Positions 40,198-50,023 of a stretch of 64,000 nucleotides of DNA are shown here, piece after piece. The DNA comes from an uncultured Candidatus Rokubacteria bacterium. Lineage in GTDB: Bacteria; Methylomirabilota; Methylomirabilia; Rokubacteriales; CSP1-6. Both the position numbers and the translations under genes were made by a program. Numbering within the stretch: the stretch's first letter is position 1; every line of letters begins with the position of its first letter. The stretch lies in the NCBI GenBank assembly GCA_963754315.1, contig CAVWFS010000006.1, positions 96,001 to 160,000 of the forward strand. The letters run 5' to 3'. The notes below the pieces were generated by a model that saw nothing but the letters and a program-made list of their open reading frames with translations, made no database searches and had not been told where the DNA came from.

Positions 40198-41103
40198 ATG
40201 GCCATCGTGCGTGACGCCGCCGCCCCTGAGCTGACCTTACCTGGGGTGACAGGGAAGACCGCGGATCGATCGCTGAGTCGCTACTTGCGACGGTACGGTC
40301 CCATCGGGATCGGGGTGCTGATGGCGCTGGCGATGGTGGTGATAGCGGCGGGAGCTCCATTCCTCGCGCCCTTGAGCCCGTCGGCGCAGTTCTCCGATGC
40401 GGTGCTCAAGGCGCCCGGCGCCTTCGACCGCCATGCCCTGGGGACCGACGAGTTTGGCCGCGACATACTCAGCCGCGTCATCTGGGGCGCTCGCGTGTCG
40501 CTGCACGTCGGGCTGGCGTCGGTGATCTTCGGCTTCGCGCTCGGGGTGCCGCTGGGTATCCTGGCTGGCGTCCAGGGGAGGCGCGTCGAGACCTGCATCA
40601 TGCGGTGCGCCGACATGCTGATGGCCTTCCCGACCTTGCTGCTGGCCCTCATCATCGTCACCGCTCTCGGCGGCACCTTGATGAACGAGATCGTGGCCAT
40701 CGGTATCGCGCTGACCCCGAACTTCGTGCGCCTGGCCCGGAGCCTCGCTCTGACCATCCGGGAGCAGGACTACATCCTGGCCGCCCGGGCCATCGGAAGC
40801 GGACAGCTGCGCGTCATGGCCCGCCACGTGTTCCCCAACGCGCTCTACGCGCTGGTGGTGGTGGCCACCCTCTACATCGCGACGGCCATTCGCACCGAGG
40901 CGAGCCTGTCGTTCCTCGGTCTCGGCATCCCGCCTCCCACTCCGAGCTGGGGGAACATCCTGAGCGAGGGCCGCCAGTACATCAAGTGCTGCCCGTGGAT
41001 CACCACCTTCTCCGGGCTCGCCATCATGCTGGCGGTGCTGGCCTTCAATCTGGTGGGCGACGCGCTGCGCGACCTGCTCGACCCTCGGCTCCGGGGGGAG
41101 TAG
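40198..41103 (+). CDS. Peptide ABC permease (DppC-like)
   Basis: LGTDEFGRDILSRVIWGARVSL, EASLSFLGLG, PSWG, GDALRDLLDP. Confidence 0.95.
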   Translation: MAIVRDAAAPELTLPGVTGKTADRSLSRYLRRYGPIGIGVLMALAMVVIAAGAPFLAPLSPSAQFSDAVLKAPGAFDRHALGTDEFGRDILSRVIWGARVSLHVGLASVIFGFALGVPLGILAGVQGRRVETCIMRCADMLMAFPTLLLALIIVTALGGTLMNEIVAIGIALTPNFVRLARSLALTIREQDYILAARAIGSGQLRVMARHVFPNALYALVVVATLYIATAIRTEASLSFLGLGIPPPTPSWGNILSEGRQYIKCCPWITTFSGLAIMLAVLAFNLVGDALRDLLDPRLRGE

Positions 41104-41121
41104 CGCGAGGACCGTCTGCGC

Positions 41122-42699
41122 TCATGTCGAGGCCCGGCCCCGACGCAACGCGCGCCCGGCCAGCACGCCCGTGTGCTTACCGTTGTCCACGACCACCTGA
41201 CCGTTCACGACCACGTAGTCGATGCCGATCGGGAACTGCTTGGGTTGAGTGCGGGTCGCCGGCGCCTTCACGGTTTTCGGATTGAACACCACGACGTCGG
41301 CCTTGAAGCCGTCGCGTAGCAGACCACGATCGGGAAGCCCCAGACGCTGGGCCGCGAACGACGTCATCTTCCGGATGGCATCGGGAAGCGCCAGGAAGCG
41401 CTCCTCGCGGACGAACTCGGCCAGGATGATGGGAAAGGTGCCGTAGGTCCGCGGGCTGGGGAAGTCGCCGATGAGCAGCGCGTCACTGCCCACCATCGAC
41501 AGGGGATGACTCACGAACTTCGGCAGGGTGGCCGCGTTGCCGCCTGCTGACACGTAAGACACCTCGAGGTTTTCGGCCACCAGCAGCTCGCAGATCACGT
41601 CCACCGGGTCCTTGTCCATCATGTCGGCTACCTGAGCGATGGAACGGCCCTCGAAGCGGTGGTGGCGCGCGTGCTTGAAGTTGGTGAGCCACATGTCGCT
41701 CCAGGCCGACGCCCGCGGGCCCATGTCCTTGCGTAGCCGTTCGCGCATCGCCTGGTCGCCGAGGACCGCCTTCAGTTTCTCGGGACCGCCGTCGTGCGCC
41801 CACTGGGGAATCAGGATCAGCAGGCGCGTGCTGCTGAGCGGGTACGGGTAGCTGTCGAAGGTGACGTCCAGGCCCTCGTCGCGCGCGTCCTCTACCAGCC
41901 CGAGCATGCGGCTGGCCCCGCCCGGGCTGGTGGTCCGATGGTAGAAGTGGGTAATGTGCACAGGCACGCCGCTGCCGCGCCCGATGTCGAGGGCCTCCCG
42001 GAACGGGTCGAGGAAGCGGTCACCCAGGCCGTAGCGCACGTGAGTGTGATAGATGCCACCGAGCCGCGCCGCCTCGCGCGACAGCTCGATCAGCTCTGCC
42101 GTATCGGCGTAGCTCCCCGGGGGGTAGTCGAGCCCGGTGGACATGCCGACTGCGCCCTCTTCCATCCCGGTTCGGAGTAGGGCCTTCATGTTGGCTTTTT
42201 CGCGCTCGGTGCCGGGACGATCGTCCCAACCCACCCCCGCGATGCGGAGCGGCGAGTTTCCAAGGATGTAGACGATGTTGACGGCCACCCGGTTGGAGAA
42301 CATGTCGAGATACTGCTCGACGGTGGACCAGCGCCCGGGCAACGGCGGGTTACCGTCCAGACCAGAGTTGATCTCGACGAAGCGATGGAAGTCCGCCTCG
42401 TTTGTGAAGGGGGCGTAGGAGCAGCCGTCGATGCCGATGAGCTCGGTCGTCACGCCCTGGCGGACCTTGGGCTCGTGGTGCGGCTCGGCCAGGATGACCA
42501 GCCCCGAGTGAGCGTGCATGTCGATGAAACCCGGGCACACTACATGTCCGCTGGCGTCGATCACACGGCGGGCGTCGACCCCGGCCAGGTCGCCGCGGAG
42601 GATGGCGACACGCTCGTGCTCCACCCCGACCGCACCGTAGAAGCCCGGGTTCCCGGTGCCGTCGATGATCAGTCCGTCACGGATCAGAAGGTCAAGCAC
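41122..42699 (-). CDS. N-acyl-D-amino-acid deacylase (D-aminoacylase family)
   Basis: PGFIDMHAHS, GVTTE..GIDG, GMSTGLDYPPG, YHTHVR, FDSYPY, GSD, PRTYGTFP. Confidence 0.92.
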   Translation of the reverse strand: MLDLLIRDGLIIDGTGNPGFYGAVGVEHERVAILRGDLAGVDARRVIDASGHVVCPGFIDMHAHSGLVILAEPHHEPKVRQGVTTELIGIDGCSYAPFTNEADFHRFVEINSGLDGNPPLPGRWSTVEQYLDMFSNRVAVNIVYILGNSPLRIAGVGWDDRPGTEREKANMKALLRTGMEEGAVGMSTGLDYPPGSYADTAELIELSREAARLGGIYHTHVRYGLGDRFLDPFREALDIGRGSGVPVHITHFYHRTTSPGGASRMLGLVEDARDEGLDVTFDSYPYPLSSTRLLILIPQWAHDGGPEKLKAVLGDQAMRERLRKDMGPRASAWSDMWLTNFKHARHHRFEGRSIAQVADMMDKDPVDVICELLVAENLEVSYVSAGGNAATLPKFVSHPLSMVGSDALLIGDFPSPRTYGTFPIILAEFVREERFLALPDAIRKMTSFAAQRLGLPDRGLLRDGFKADVVVFNPKTVKAPATRTQPKQFPIGIDYVVVNGQVVVDNGKHTGVLAGRALRRGRAST

Positions 42700-42717
42700 A
42701 TGGCGCCTCCCTTGGGC

Positions 42718-44112
42718 TCATCGCGGGCCCGCGAGGAGCGCGGTGAGCTCCCTCACGTCTTTCAGCCGTTCGAGCCGCCCCACCATGTCCACCACCTCCT
42801 GCGCCCGCGCGCGGGTCAGGGTGTCCACGGTGAGGGCCATGAACTTCGCCACCAGCTCGGGTCGCCCTCGCGGGTTGGCGGCGTCGCCGAGAACGACCGC
42901 AGTATCACGAGAGAGGACGTGGCCGTCCTGCAGCGTGATGGCCACTCGCGCCGTCGGCCTCTCGGAGCCACGGATCGACATCGAGGGATCGCCGCGCACC
43001 TCGACGCGGGCGGCCAAGCGACGGATGCGCGGATCGTTGCGCGCGCTATCGGCAAACGCCGACACGTCCGTCGTGCCCGTGACCAGGGCCGCCGCCACTG
43101 CGTACGGCACGGAGAACTTGGCCGCCAGCATCGTAGCGGGCTCGGGATCGGCCATGCGGGTGACGAACGGCAACGAGGTGACGGTGACGTGCTCCACGGC
43201 ATCGGGCCCGATCCCGTGCTCCCGCACGAGGGCATGAACGGCGTCCAGAGCCGGATGGTTGTAGAGGCAGCACGCATGGAACTTGAAATAGTTGCGCTCG
43301 ATGCGGAGCGTGCTCAGCCGGCCGTCGGGGCCGAGCTCCTCTATGGCTGCCTCCGGATCGAAGCCCTCGGCCAGGAGCGTGCCGTACACATCGGAGGGCG
43401 CGTCGGCGACCGCCGTGTATCCGCACGCGAGGAGGTGCACGGCCAGGATCCCCTGGAGCCCCGCGCGCCCTGGATAGAGATTGCGAATGGTGGCGCCCTC
43501 GAAGCACGGCCCCCACGAGTTGGCGGGGCTCATCGAGGTGGCGAGGTTGATGACGGTGCGGAGCGAGTCTGCCTCGTGCCCGAGCAGCCGCGCTACCGCC
43601 ACCGCGGCCCCGGCGGTCCCCCACGTTCCGTGCGAATGCAGGTTGGGACGCGGCCGTGTGGCTCCACCAAGGCGCGAGGTGATCTCGTAGCCCGCGACCA
43701 GCGCCTCGATGAGCCGCCCGCCGTCGGCTGCGCGTTCCTCGGCCACCGCCAGAGCAGCTGGCAGAACGTGGATCGCGGGGTGCCCACCGCCCCAGCGATT
43801 GCCCTCGTCGACCTCGAGCGACACGCCAGCCGTGCCGTTGGCGAGGGTGGCCAGCATGGGGTCCGCCTTGAGCGCGTGGCCAATGAGGGTCGCGGCGCGG
43901 ATGCCCGAGCGCACGGCGGCGAGGTCGGCGAGGCGACTGTTCTCGGGCAAACGACTGCCGGCCAGAATGGCGCCGAGCGTGTCGAGAACCACGTCTCGCG
44001 CGGCGTCGATGGCAGCGGGCGCCAGATCGTCGATCCGCACGCCCTCAGCGAAGCGGGCCAGCCGCGTCAGGTACTCGGAGCCCAGCGCGGGAGCCGGCCG
44101 AACGTCGCTCAC
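42718..44112 (-). CDS. MmgE/PrpD-family protein
   Basis: LDTLGAILAG, NGTAG..LEVDEG..GHP, GYE, HSHGTWG, YFKFHACC..NHPALDA, AKFSVPY. Confidence 0.92.
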   Translation of the reverse strand: MSDVRPAPALGSEYLTRLARFAEGVRIDDLAPAAIDAARDVVLDTLGAILAGSRLPENSRLADLAAVRSGIRAATLIGHALKADPMLATLANGTAGVSLEVDEGNRWGGGHPAIHVLPAALAVAEERAADGGRLIEALVAGYEITSRLGGATRPRPNLHSHGTWGTAGAAVAVARLLGHEADSLRTVINLATSMSPANSWGPCFEGATIRNLYPGRAGLQGILAVHLLACGYTAVADAPSDVYGTLLAEGFDPEAAIEELGPDGRLSTLRIERNYFKFHACCLYNHPALDAVHALVREHGIGPDAVEHVTVTSLPFVTRMADPEPATMLAAKFSVPYAVAAALVTGTTDVSAFADSARNDPRIRRLAARVEVRGDPSMSIRGSERPTARVAITLQDGHVLSRDTAVVLGDAANPRGRPELVAKFMALTVDTLTRARAQEVVDMVGRLERLKDVRELTALLAGPR

Positions 44113-44219
44113 TGGCTACCGCCTTCGCTGAGCGCCAGCCGGCTGTCGCACATCTCCGTCATGATAGTCCTCCCATGACGCGAATACGGGTCAGGGTGTC
44201 GGGACGCGTGAGGACATGG

Positions 44220-44248
44220 ACGTTACCGGGGCGGGGCGGTCAAGTCAA
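44220..44248 (-). promoter_or_regulatory. Sigma70-type promoter for the mmgE/prpD-deacylase pair
   Basis: Minus strand TTGACT-17 bp-TAACGT. Confidence 0.6.
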
Positions 44249-44340
44249 CGAGCACCATGCGAGGATGCGCCGGCGGCCAAGGAGGAGGCCCAGCGGCAAT
44301 CCTCGTGGTGACTGCCATGGAGTAGGTTCGGTGACGTCCA

Positions 44341-45307
44341 TCATTCGATGACGTGATCCGCTTGCAGGAGCAGCGATGGTGGAATCGTCAGGCCCAGTGC
44401 CTTCGCGGTCTTCCGGTTGATCACAAATTCGAACTTCGTGGGCTGCTCAATGGGCAAATCGGCGGGCTTGGCGCCCTTGAGGATCTTGACGACATAGGTG
44501 GCGGCGCCGCGGAACAGTTCGGGGTAGTGTGGCCCATAGGCCATGAGGCCGCCCGCCTCGACGAACTCCCGCGGTCCCGAAACGGTCGGCAGCCGGTTCT
44601 TGAGCGCGAGGTCCACGATCTGCTGCCAGTGGTTCTGGAGGGTGAGGGCCACGATGAGACCATCCACGCGTGCCCGGTGCATGCTCGCGAAGGCGCGCTC
44701 GACCTGATTTGAGTCGCGCACGGACACGGTCGTGACCTGGACGGCGAGGGTCCGCCCGGCCGCCTCTGTCTCCGCCACCGCTCGTTTCGTGATCTGCTGA
44801 TTGATGAGATGCGACACATGGGACAGCTTGGGCGCAATTGTCTTCAGAAATTCCACCCTCTTCGAGGCGATCTCGGCCACCGCCGTCGAATGTCCCGTGA
44901 TATTGCCTCCCGGCCGGGCCAGGGCCGCCACGAAGCCCTCGCCAACGGGATCACCACTGAAGGCCATGACAATGGGTATCGTCTGCGTTGCCTGCTGGAC
45001 AGCGCGAACCGCCGAGCTTGGCGCGGCAACAATCACGTCGACTCTGAGTCGAACGATCTCCACGGCAAGGTCGGGCAGCCTCTCGAACTTACCGTCCGCG
45101 TATCGAGCCTCGATCACCGCATTCTGCCCCTCGACGTAGCCGAGCGCGCGGAGACCCTGGCGGAACGCCTCTCGGCGCGGAGTATCGGCGTCCACCGATA
45201 GCGGAGAGAGATATCCGATCCTGACGGTCTTCACTGGCGGCTGCGCCTCAACGGCGCGCGGCGAAACCGACCAGGAAGAGGGCGACGAGCACGGCGCCGA
45301 GAGACAT
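44341..45307 (-). CDS. ABC_sub_bind-type (TrpX-like) substrate-binding protein; frameshift in signal peptide
   Basis: RIGYL, FRQGLRALGYVEGQN, LARPGGNITG, GGLMAYGP, GAKPADLPIEQPTKFEFVIN; ATG 45307 after GAAGGAGG. Confidence 0.9.
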
Positions 45308-45407
45308 GGCCTCCTTCACGAGGCGGCGGCGCCGCTGAACACCAGCGGCCTGCGCGTGTCTCACACGGTGGGTGTCCTGGGCCCTCAGGGCGCTTGGCCG
45401 CGCGCCC

Positions 45408-46829
45408 TCACACGGCGGGGCCGTCTTGGATAGCGACCGCGAGCTTGCCAGGGACGCGACGGCCGGCGCCAGGCTGGCCGCTGAGCTTCCCGTTCTCGAC
45501 GACTACGCGGCCGCGTAAGATCACGAGAGTCGGCCAGCCGTGGACTTCCCAGCCATCCCACGCGCTGTAATCGGAGCCGTGGAGGTCCTCGGAGCGGAGC
45601 GTGCGGCGCACCGTCGGGTCGAAGACGACGATGTCGGCGTCGCTGCCCGGCGCCAGCGCGCCCTTGCGCGGATAGAGGCCAAGCAGCTTGGCGGCGTTCG
45701 TCGAGGTGACGGCCGCGAAGCGCTCGACCGACATCCCTCGCTTGGATACCCCCTCGGTGTAGATGATGGGCACTCGCGTCTCGACCCCGACGTGACCGCC
45801 GGTGGCGTCGGCGATGTGCCGGCTGCGGACCTTGACCGCCCGCGGCGTGCACAGCTCGTCGGTGGCGACGGTGCTGAGCGTTCCGCTCCGGAGGCCGCTC
45901 CAGAGGCGCTGGCGGTCCTCCTCGTGCTTGAGTGAGGGATAGGTGTGATAGAGAACACCGTCAGGCCGCTGGTAGACCTCGGCGGTGAAGGTCGCGTAGT
46001 GATGCAGAGTCTCGCCATAGATGGCGCGGCCCTCGGACCGCGCTTCGGCGATGGCCTCCACACCGGCCGCCGCACTCACGTGTACGAAGTAGACGGCGGC
46101 GCCCTCGACGTAGCGCGCCAGGCGGAGTACACGACGGAATGAGATGTCCTCGGACATGGCGCTGTGGACCAGGGGCATGTTCTGGATGTCGGTGCGGCTC
46201 TCGCGTTCCAGGCGCTCGTACATGTACATCACGAGGTCGTCGTCCTCGGCGTGGATGGCCAGGAGCCCGCCGTGCTTGGCCGCCATCTCCATGATGGCCC
46301 ACAAGTGGCCGAGGCGGATCATGCGCCCCTTCCCGACTGGCCGCACATCGGTGGTGAAGATCTTCAAGCTCGGGAAGCCGGCCTGGATGGCCTCCGGGAT
46401 CTCGGCAACGACCTCGGGCGGGACGGCCCCCTGGAGCATCACGTGGAGGGCGTGGTCCGTGTAGCCTGGACGCCAGACCGATTCCTTGTCGTCGATCGCC
46501 CGAGCGATGGTCATGCCGGGTTCCCACACGGCGAAGTCGACGAGCGTGGTGGTGCCGCCCTGAATGGCGGCGCGGCTCACCTGCTCGGGCGCCGCGCTCG
46601 TCGTGAACCCGCCACCCAGGGCCGGGATGGGCCAATGGGTGTGCACGTGAGGATCGATACCGCCGGGGATGACGAGCTTGCCTGTCGCGTCCACGACACG
46701 GCCGGCGTCGGCGGGTAGGCTGCCGGGCGTCGCCACGGCGACGATGCGCTCCCCCTCGACGCCGATGTCCCAGGCTCCCACGCCTTGAGGGGTAACGACC
46801 TGTCCACCACGGATCAGGAGATCAAGCAT
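45408..46829 (-). CDS. Dihydropyrimidinase/D-hydantoinase-family cyclic amidohydrolase
   Basis: PGGIDPHVH, GGTTTLVDF, SLKIF, IHAED, FVHVS, GETLHHY, VATD, GSDADIVVFDP. Confidence 0.92.
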   Translation of the reverse strand: MLDLLIRGGQVVTPQGVGAWDIGVEGERIVAVATPGSLPADAGRVVDATGKLVIPGGIDPHVHTHWPIPALGGGFTTSAAPEQVSRAAIQGGTTTLVDFAVWEPGMTIARAIDDKESVWRPGYTDHALHVMLQGAVPPEVVAEIPEAIQAGFPSLKIFTTDVRPVGKGRMIRLGHLWAIMEMAAKHGGLLAIHAEDDDLVMYMYERLERESRTDIQNMPLVHSAMSEDISFRRVLRLARYVEGAAVYFVHVSAAAGVEAIAEARSEGRAIYGETLHHYATFTAEVYQRPDGVLYHTYPSLKHEEDRQRLWSGLRSGTLSTVATDELCTPRAVKVRSRHIADATGGHVGVETRVPIIYTEGVSKRGMSVERFAAVTSTNAAKLLGLYPRKGALAPGSDADIVVFDPTVRRTLRSEDLHGSDYSAWDGWEVHGWPTLVILRGRVVVENGKLSGQPGAGRRVPGKLAVAIQDGPAV

Positions 46830-46868
46830 GGCTGTGTCTCTGGCCTCCAGCGCCGCTCATCAAGCGCA

Positions 46869-47879
46869 TCAGTATTCGTCGAACATGCGTTGGACCTCGC
46901 CCGGGTCCTCGGTGCGGGTGAGGGCCAGCATGGCGAGCACACGCGCCTTCTGAGGATTGAGGTTATCGGCAGTGACAAAGCCCCGCTCGCGCAGGGCGGC
47001 GCGGGGCAGCACGCGGCCGCTGCCGGCCCGGCTCGATAGCACGACCAGGACCCCCCGCCTTCGTGCCTCCAGGAGCGCTTCGGTCTCCGCGGGTGTGGTC
47101 ATGCCCGGCGGCAGCGACGCCGAGACGATGGCGCGGGCACCCGCCGCCACGAAGGCCTTGATGGCGGCGCCGTCGGCCCCCGCATACGACGCCGCGATGT
47201 CCACGCGTGGAAGGTCGGTACGGCCTCGCACGTCGAACTCCGTCCCCGGTGCGTGGCGTCGTGACGGCCGTCGGTAGATGGCGACGCGACCGTCCGGATC
47301 CGCGTAGCCGAGCATGCCAAGGTCCGGGCTCCGGAAAGTCTCGACGCGGAGCGTGGAGGCCTTGGTCACTTCGCGGGCGGCCTGAACCTCGTCGTTGAGG
47401 AGGACGAGCACTCCGAGCCCACGCGCCGCGGGCGCTCCCGCGACGCGTAGGGCGTTCAGGAGGTTGAGTCCCGCGTCCGAGCTGAGGCCCGTGGCCGGGC
47501 GTTGCGACCCGACCAGGACAACCGTCGCGTCGACCTTGAGCGTGAGGTTCAAGAAGTACGCGGTTTCTTCCAGGGTCGCGGTGCCGTGCGTGATGACGAT
47601 GCCGTCGAGGGGCGCCTCGCGCACAACGGCGGCGTCCACCGCCGCCGCGAGCGCTAACCAGTCGCTGGGCCCGATGGCCGGGCTCGACATCGCACGGAAG
47701 CGGACGCAAACAACATCCGCAACCTCAGCGGCCTCCGGGAACCGGGTCAGCAGCTCGTCGGGCTCCGCCTTGCGACCCGCGTCCATGTACTCCCACAGGT
47801 CGAGGCTGTCGCGGCCGATCGAGGAGATCGTCCCGCCCGTGCCGATGAGGGCCACCCGTCGCTTGGTGTGCAGTGGCAT
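46869..47879 (-). CDS. Asparaginase/glutaminase-family amidohydrolase (HGTAT variant)
   Basis: IGTGGTIS, THGTATLEETAYFL, GSQRP..SSD...NL, DNLNPQKARVL. Confidence 0.9.
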   Translation of the reverse strand: MPLHTKRRVALIGTGGTISSIGRDSLDLWEYMDAGRKAEPDELLTRFPEAAEVADVVCVRFRAMSSPAIGPSDWLALAAAVDAAVVREAPLDGIVITHGTATLEETAYFLNLTLKVDATVVLVGSQRPATGLSSDAGLNLLNALRVAGAPAARGLGVLVLLNDEVQAAREVTKASTLRVETFRSPDLGMLGYADPDGRVAIYRRPSRRHAPGTEFDVRGRTDLPRVDIAASYAGADGAAIKAFVAAGARAIVSASLPPGMTTPAETEALLEARRRGVLVVLSSRAGSGRVLPRAALRERGFVTADNLNPQKARVLAMLALTRTEDPGEVQRMFDEY

Positions 47880-47949
47880 GCCGACGCGGTCGTGCTATCA
47901 CGCGCGCAGTCGGCCTGTCAATGTCGTCGTCCTGTACTCCGGCGACGTG

Positions 47950-47958
47950 TGCTAGTGT
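47950..47958 (+). promoter_or_regulatory. Extended -10 element, likely leaderless start
   Basis: TGCTAGTGT followed 7 nt later by ATG 47966; no SD. Confidence 0.45.
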
Positions 47959-47965
47959 TTGCTTC

Positions 47966-48967
47966 ATGCCAATTCAACTCGTACCGCGAGTCCTCCAGTC
48001 CGACCAGGTCCTCGAGCACCTCCGGGGCCTTCGGGCCCGTCAGCCGGTCAGCTACTGGGCCTTCTATTCGAGCCAGCTCGGCGGGATCGTGACCGACCCC
48101 GCCCTCATGGTCCTGCCTTTCGACGACCATATGGTGCACCGCGGCCACGGGGTCTTCGACACGGCGGCCATCGTGGACGGCAAGATCTACGACCTGCAGG
48201 CCCATCTCGATCGGTTTGTCCGTTCGGCCAGCCTCTCAAAGCTCAGGTTGCCCTGCACGCGCGAGGAGATGCAGCAGCTGATCACGCGCACGGTGGCGGC
48301 CAGCGGTAAACGTGATGGCTCCATCCGATACTGGATCTCGGGGGGGCCTGGGAGCCTCGGCTTGGCTCCTGCTGCGGGCGCGGAGCCTGGCTTTTTCGTC
48401 ATGGTCTTTGCCGGCCTCGCCTATTCGGAGACCTGGTTCACGCAAGGCCTGCGGGTCATGACCACGACCTATCCGATCAAGCCGCCGCTCTACGCCATCA
48501 CCAAGAGCACCAACTATCTGCCCAACGTCCTCATGCAGCTCGAAGCGCAGGAGGCGGGCCTCGACAACGGCGTCTTCGTCGACGAGGCTGGGAACGTGGG
48601 CGAGAGCTCCAACATGAACGTTGCGTTCGTCGGCGACGACGACGTGCTGCGGCATCCGAAATTCGATCACATCCTCTCCGGGTGCACGTCGCTACGCCTG
48701 CTGGAGCTAGCCCGCCGGCTCGAGGGCGGGCCCCTGCGCGGCGTGCAGGTGTGCGACATCTCGGTCGGGGAGGCGCGCGCGGCCCGCGAGATGCTGTTGA
48801 TCGGTAGCTCGGTCAAGGTCGCGCCCATCGTCGAGTGGGACGGCAAGCCCATCGGCGACGGTAAGCCGGGCCCCATCGCCCGAGCCCTGCGCGAGCTTCT
48901 CGAGCAGGACATGCGTACGGGGCGGGACCGGCTCATCGACGTCCCTTACGGAGCAGGGTCGGCCTAA
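47966..48967 (+). CDS. Class IV PLP aminotransferase, plant-type D-amino-acid transaminase / ADC-lyase-like
   Basis: FYSSQLGGIVTDPALMVLPFDDHMVHRGHGVFDT, KSTNYLPNVL, ESSNMNVAF, ILSGCT. Confidence 0.88.
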   Translation: MPIQLVPRVLQSDQVLEHLRGLRARQPVSYWAFYSSQLGGIVTDPALMVLPFDDHMVHRGHGVFDTAAIVDGKIYDLQAHLDRFVRSASLSKLRLPCTREEMQQLITRTVAASGKRDGSIRYWISGGPGSLGLAPAAGAEPGFFVMVFAGLAYSETWFTQGLRVMTTTYPIKPPLYAITKSTNYLPNVLMQLEAQEAGLDNGVFVDEAGNVGESSNMNVAFVGDDDVLRHPKFDHILSGCTSLRLLELARRLEGGPLRGVQVCDISVGEARAAREMLLIGSSVKVAPIVEWDGKPIGDGKPGPIARALRELLEQDMRTGRDRLIDVPYGAGSA

Positions 48968-48972
48968 GGTCC

Positions 48973-48993
48973 CGGACGCGAGGCCGGCGTCCG
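48973..48993. terminator. GC hairpin between convergent genes
   Basis: CGGACGC-GAGGCCG-GCGTCCG inverted repeat; no U-tract. Confidence 0.35.
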
Positions 48994-49034
48994 CGAACGG
49001 GGCGAGAGGCATCGGACGCCGAGCCTGAGCCCCG

Positions 49035-50021
49035 TCAGTGGCCCAGGCGACGCGGAATAATGGGTTCGGTTCCCATCCCGAACCAGCGGTGGGCGTAGCG
49101 GCGGATGGCGCCGCTGAGCCCGAAGGGCATGAAGATGATGGTGAGCACCATGATCACCCCGTAGACCAGCGCCTGCCAGACGTCCAGTCCTGCGAGCAGT
49201 TCGGGCAGGATGATCAGAAACGCCGCCCCCAGCACCGAGCCGAGGAGAGACGCCAGCCCCCCCAGGATGATGATCGTGATGAACTGGATCGACAGGAAGA
49301 AGCTGAACTCCTGGGGATCGAGGAATCCCACGAGGTACGCGCTCAACGCTCCGGCCAGGCCTGTGTAGAGCGCGCTGATGGCGAAGGCGATCGTCTTGTA
49401 CCGGGCCAGGTTCACGCCCATGGCCTCGGCCGCCCGCTCGTTCTCGCGGATGGCGAGGAAGGCCCGCCCCGTCCGTCCCCGCACGACATTGCGGGCGACG
49501 ATGAGCATGGCGATGGTGACGGCCAGCAGAAGATAGTACTTGCGGTAGTCGGTATCAAAGATGAACCCGAGCACGGAGGCGGGCTGTACTTTCAGACCTT
49601 CTGATCCCCGCGTGACCACGGCCAGCTGCAAGAGCATTTCCTGGACGATGAGGGTGAAGCCGAGGGTGGCCATGGCGAGGTAGAGGCCGCTCAGGCGCAG
49701 GCACGGCAGCCCCAGCAGGTAACCGACGATGGCCGTGAAGACGGCGGCGGCCAGGACGCAGAGCACGGACGGCCATCGGGCTGACTCCGCCAGCACCCCC
49801 GCGGTATAGGCTCCAATGGCGAAGAAGGCGGCGTGCCCGAGGGACACCTGGCCGGTATAGCCGATGAGGAGATTCAGCCCCAGCGCGACCAGCACGTAGA
49901 TGAAGAGACGAGCCGTCACGTGGATGATGTAGTTGTCGGCCATGTTGGGAAGAGCCAGCAGGCCGACCACCACCGCCGCCAGGAAGGGGCGCTGCAGTCG
50001 CGTGAGCGCCGCCGGGCCCAT
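49035..50021 (-). CDS. livM: Branched-chain amino-acid ABC permease LivM-like
   Basis: GLNLLIGYTGQVSLGHAAF, LRLSGLYLAMATL, AIRENE.AA..MGVN. Confidence 0.93.
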   Translation of the reverse strand: MGPAALTRLQRPFLAAVVVGLLALPNMADNYIIHVTARLFIYVLVALGLNLLIGYTGQVSLGHAAFFAIGAYTAGVLAESARWPSVLCVLAAAVFTAIVGYLLGLPCLRLSGLYLAMATLGFTLIVQEMLLQLAVVTRGSEGLKVQPASVLGFIFDTDYRKYYLLLAVTIAMLIVARNVVRGRTGRAFLAIRENERAAEAMGVNLARYKTIAFAISALYTGLAGALSAYLVGFLDPQEFSFFLSIQFITIIILGGLASLLGSVLGAAFLIILPELLAGLDVWQALVYGVIMVLTIIFMPFGLSGAIRRYAHRWFGMGTEPIIPRRLGH

Positions 50022-50023
50022 CC

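Noticed and set aside
42385..44178. 597-aa plus-strand ORF (similarly 10500-11810, 14381-15700, 28617-29942, 59522-60895)
   Set aside because: Antisense to well-supported genes; low stop-codon frequency at high GC explains them
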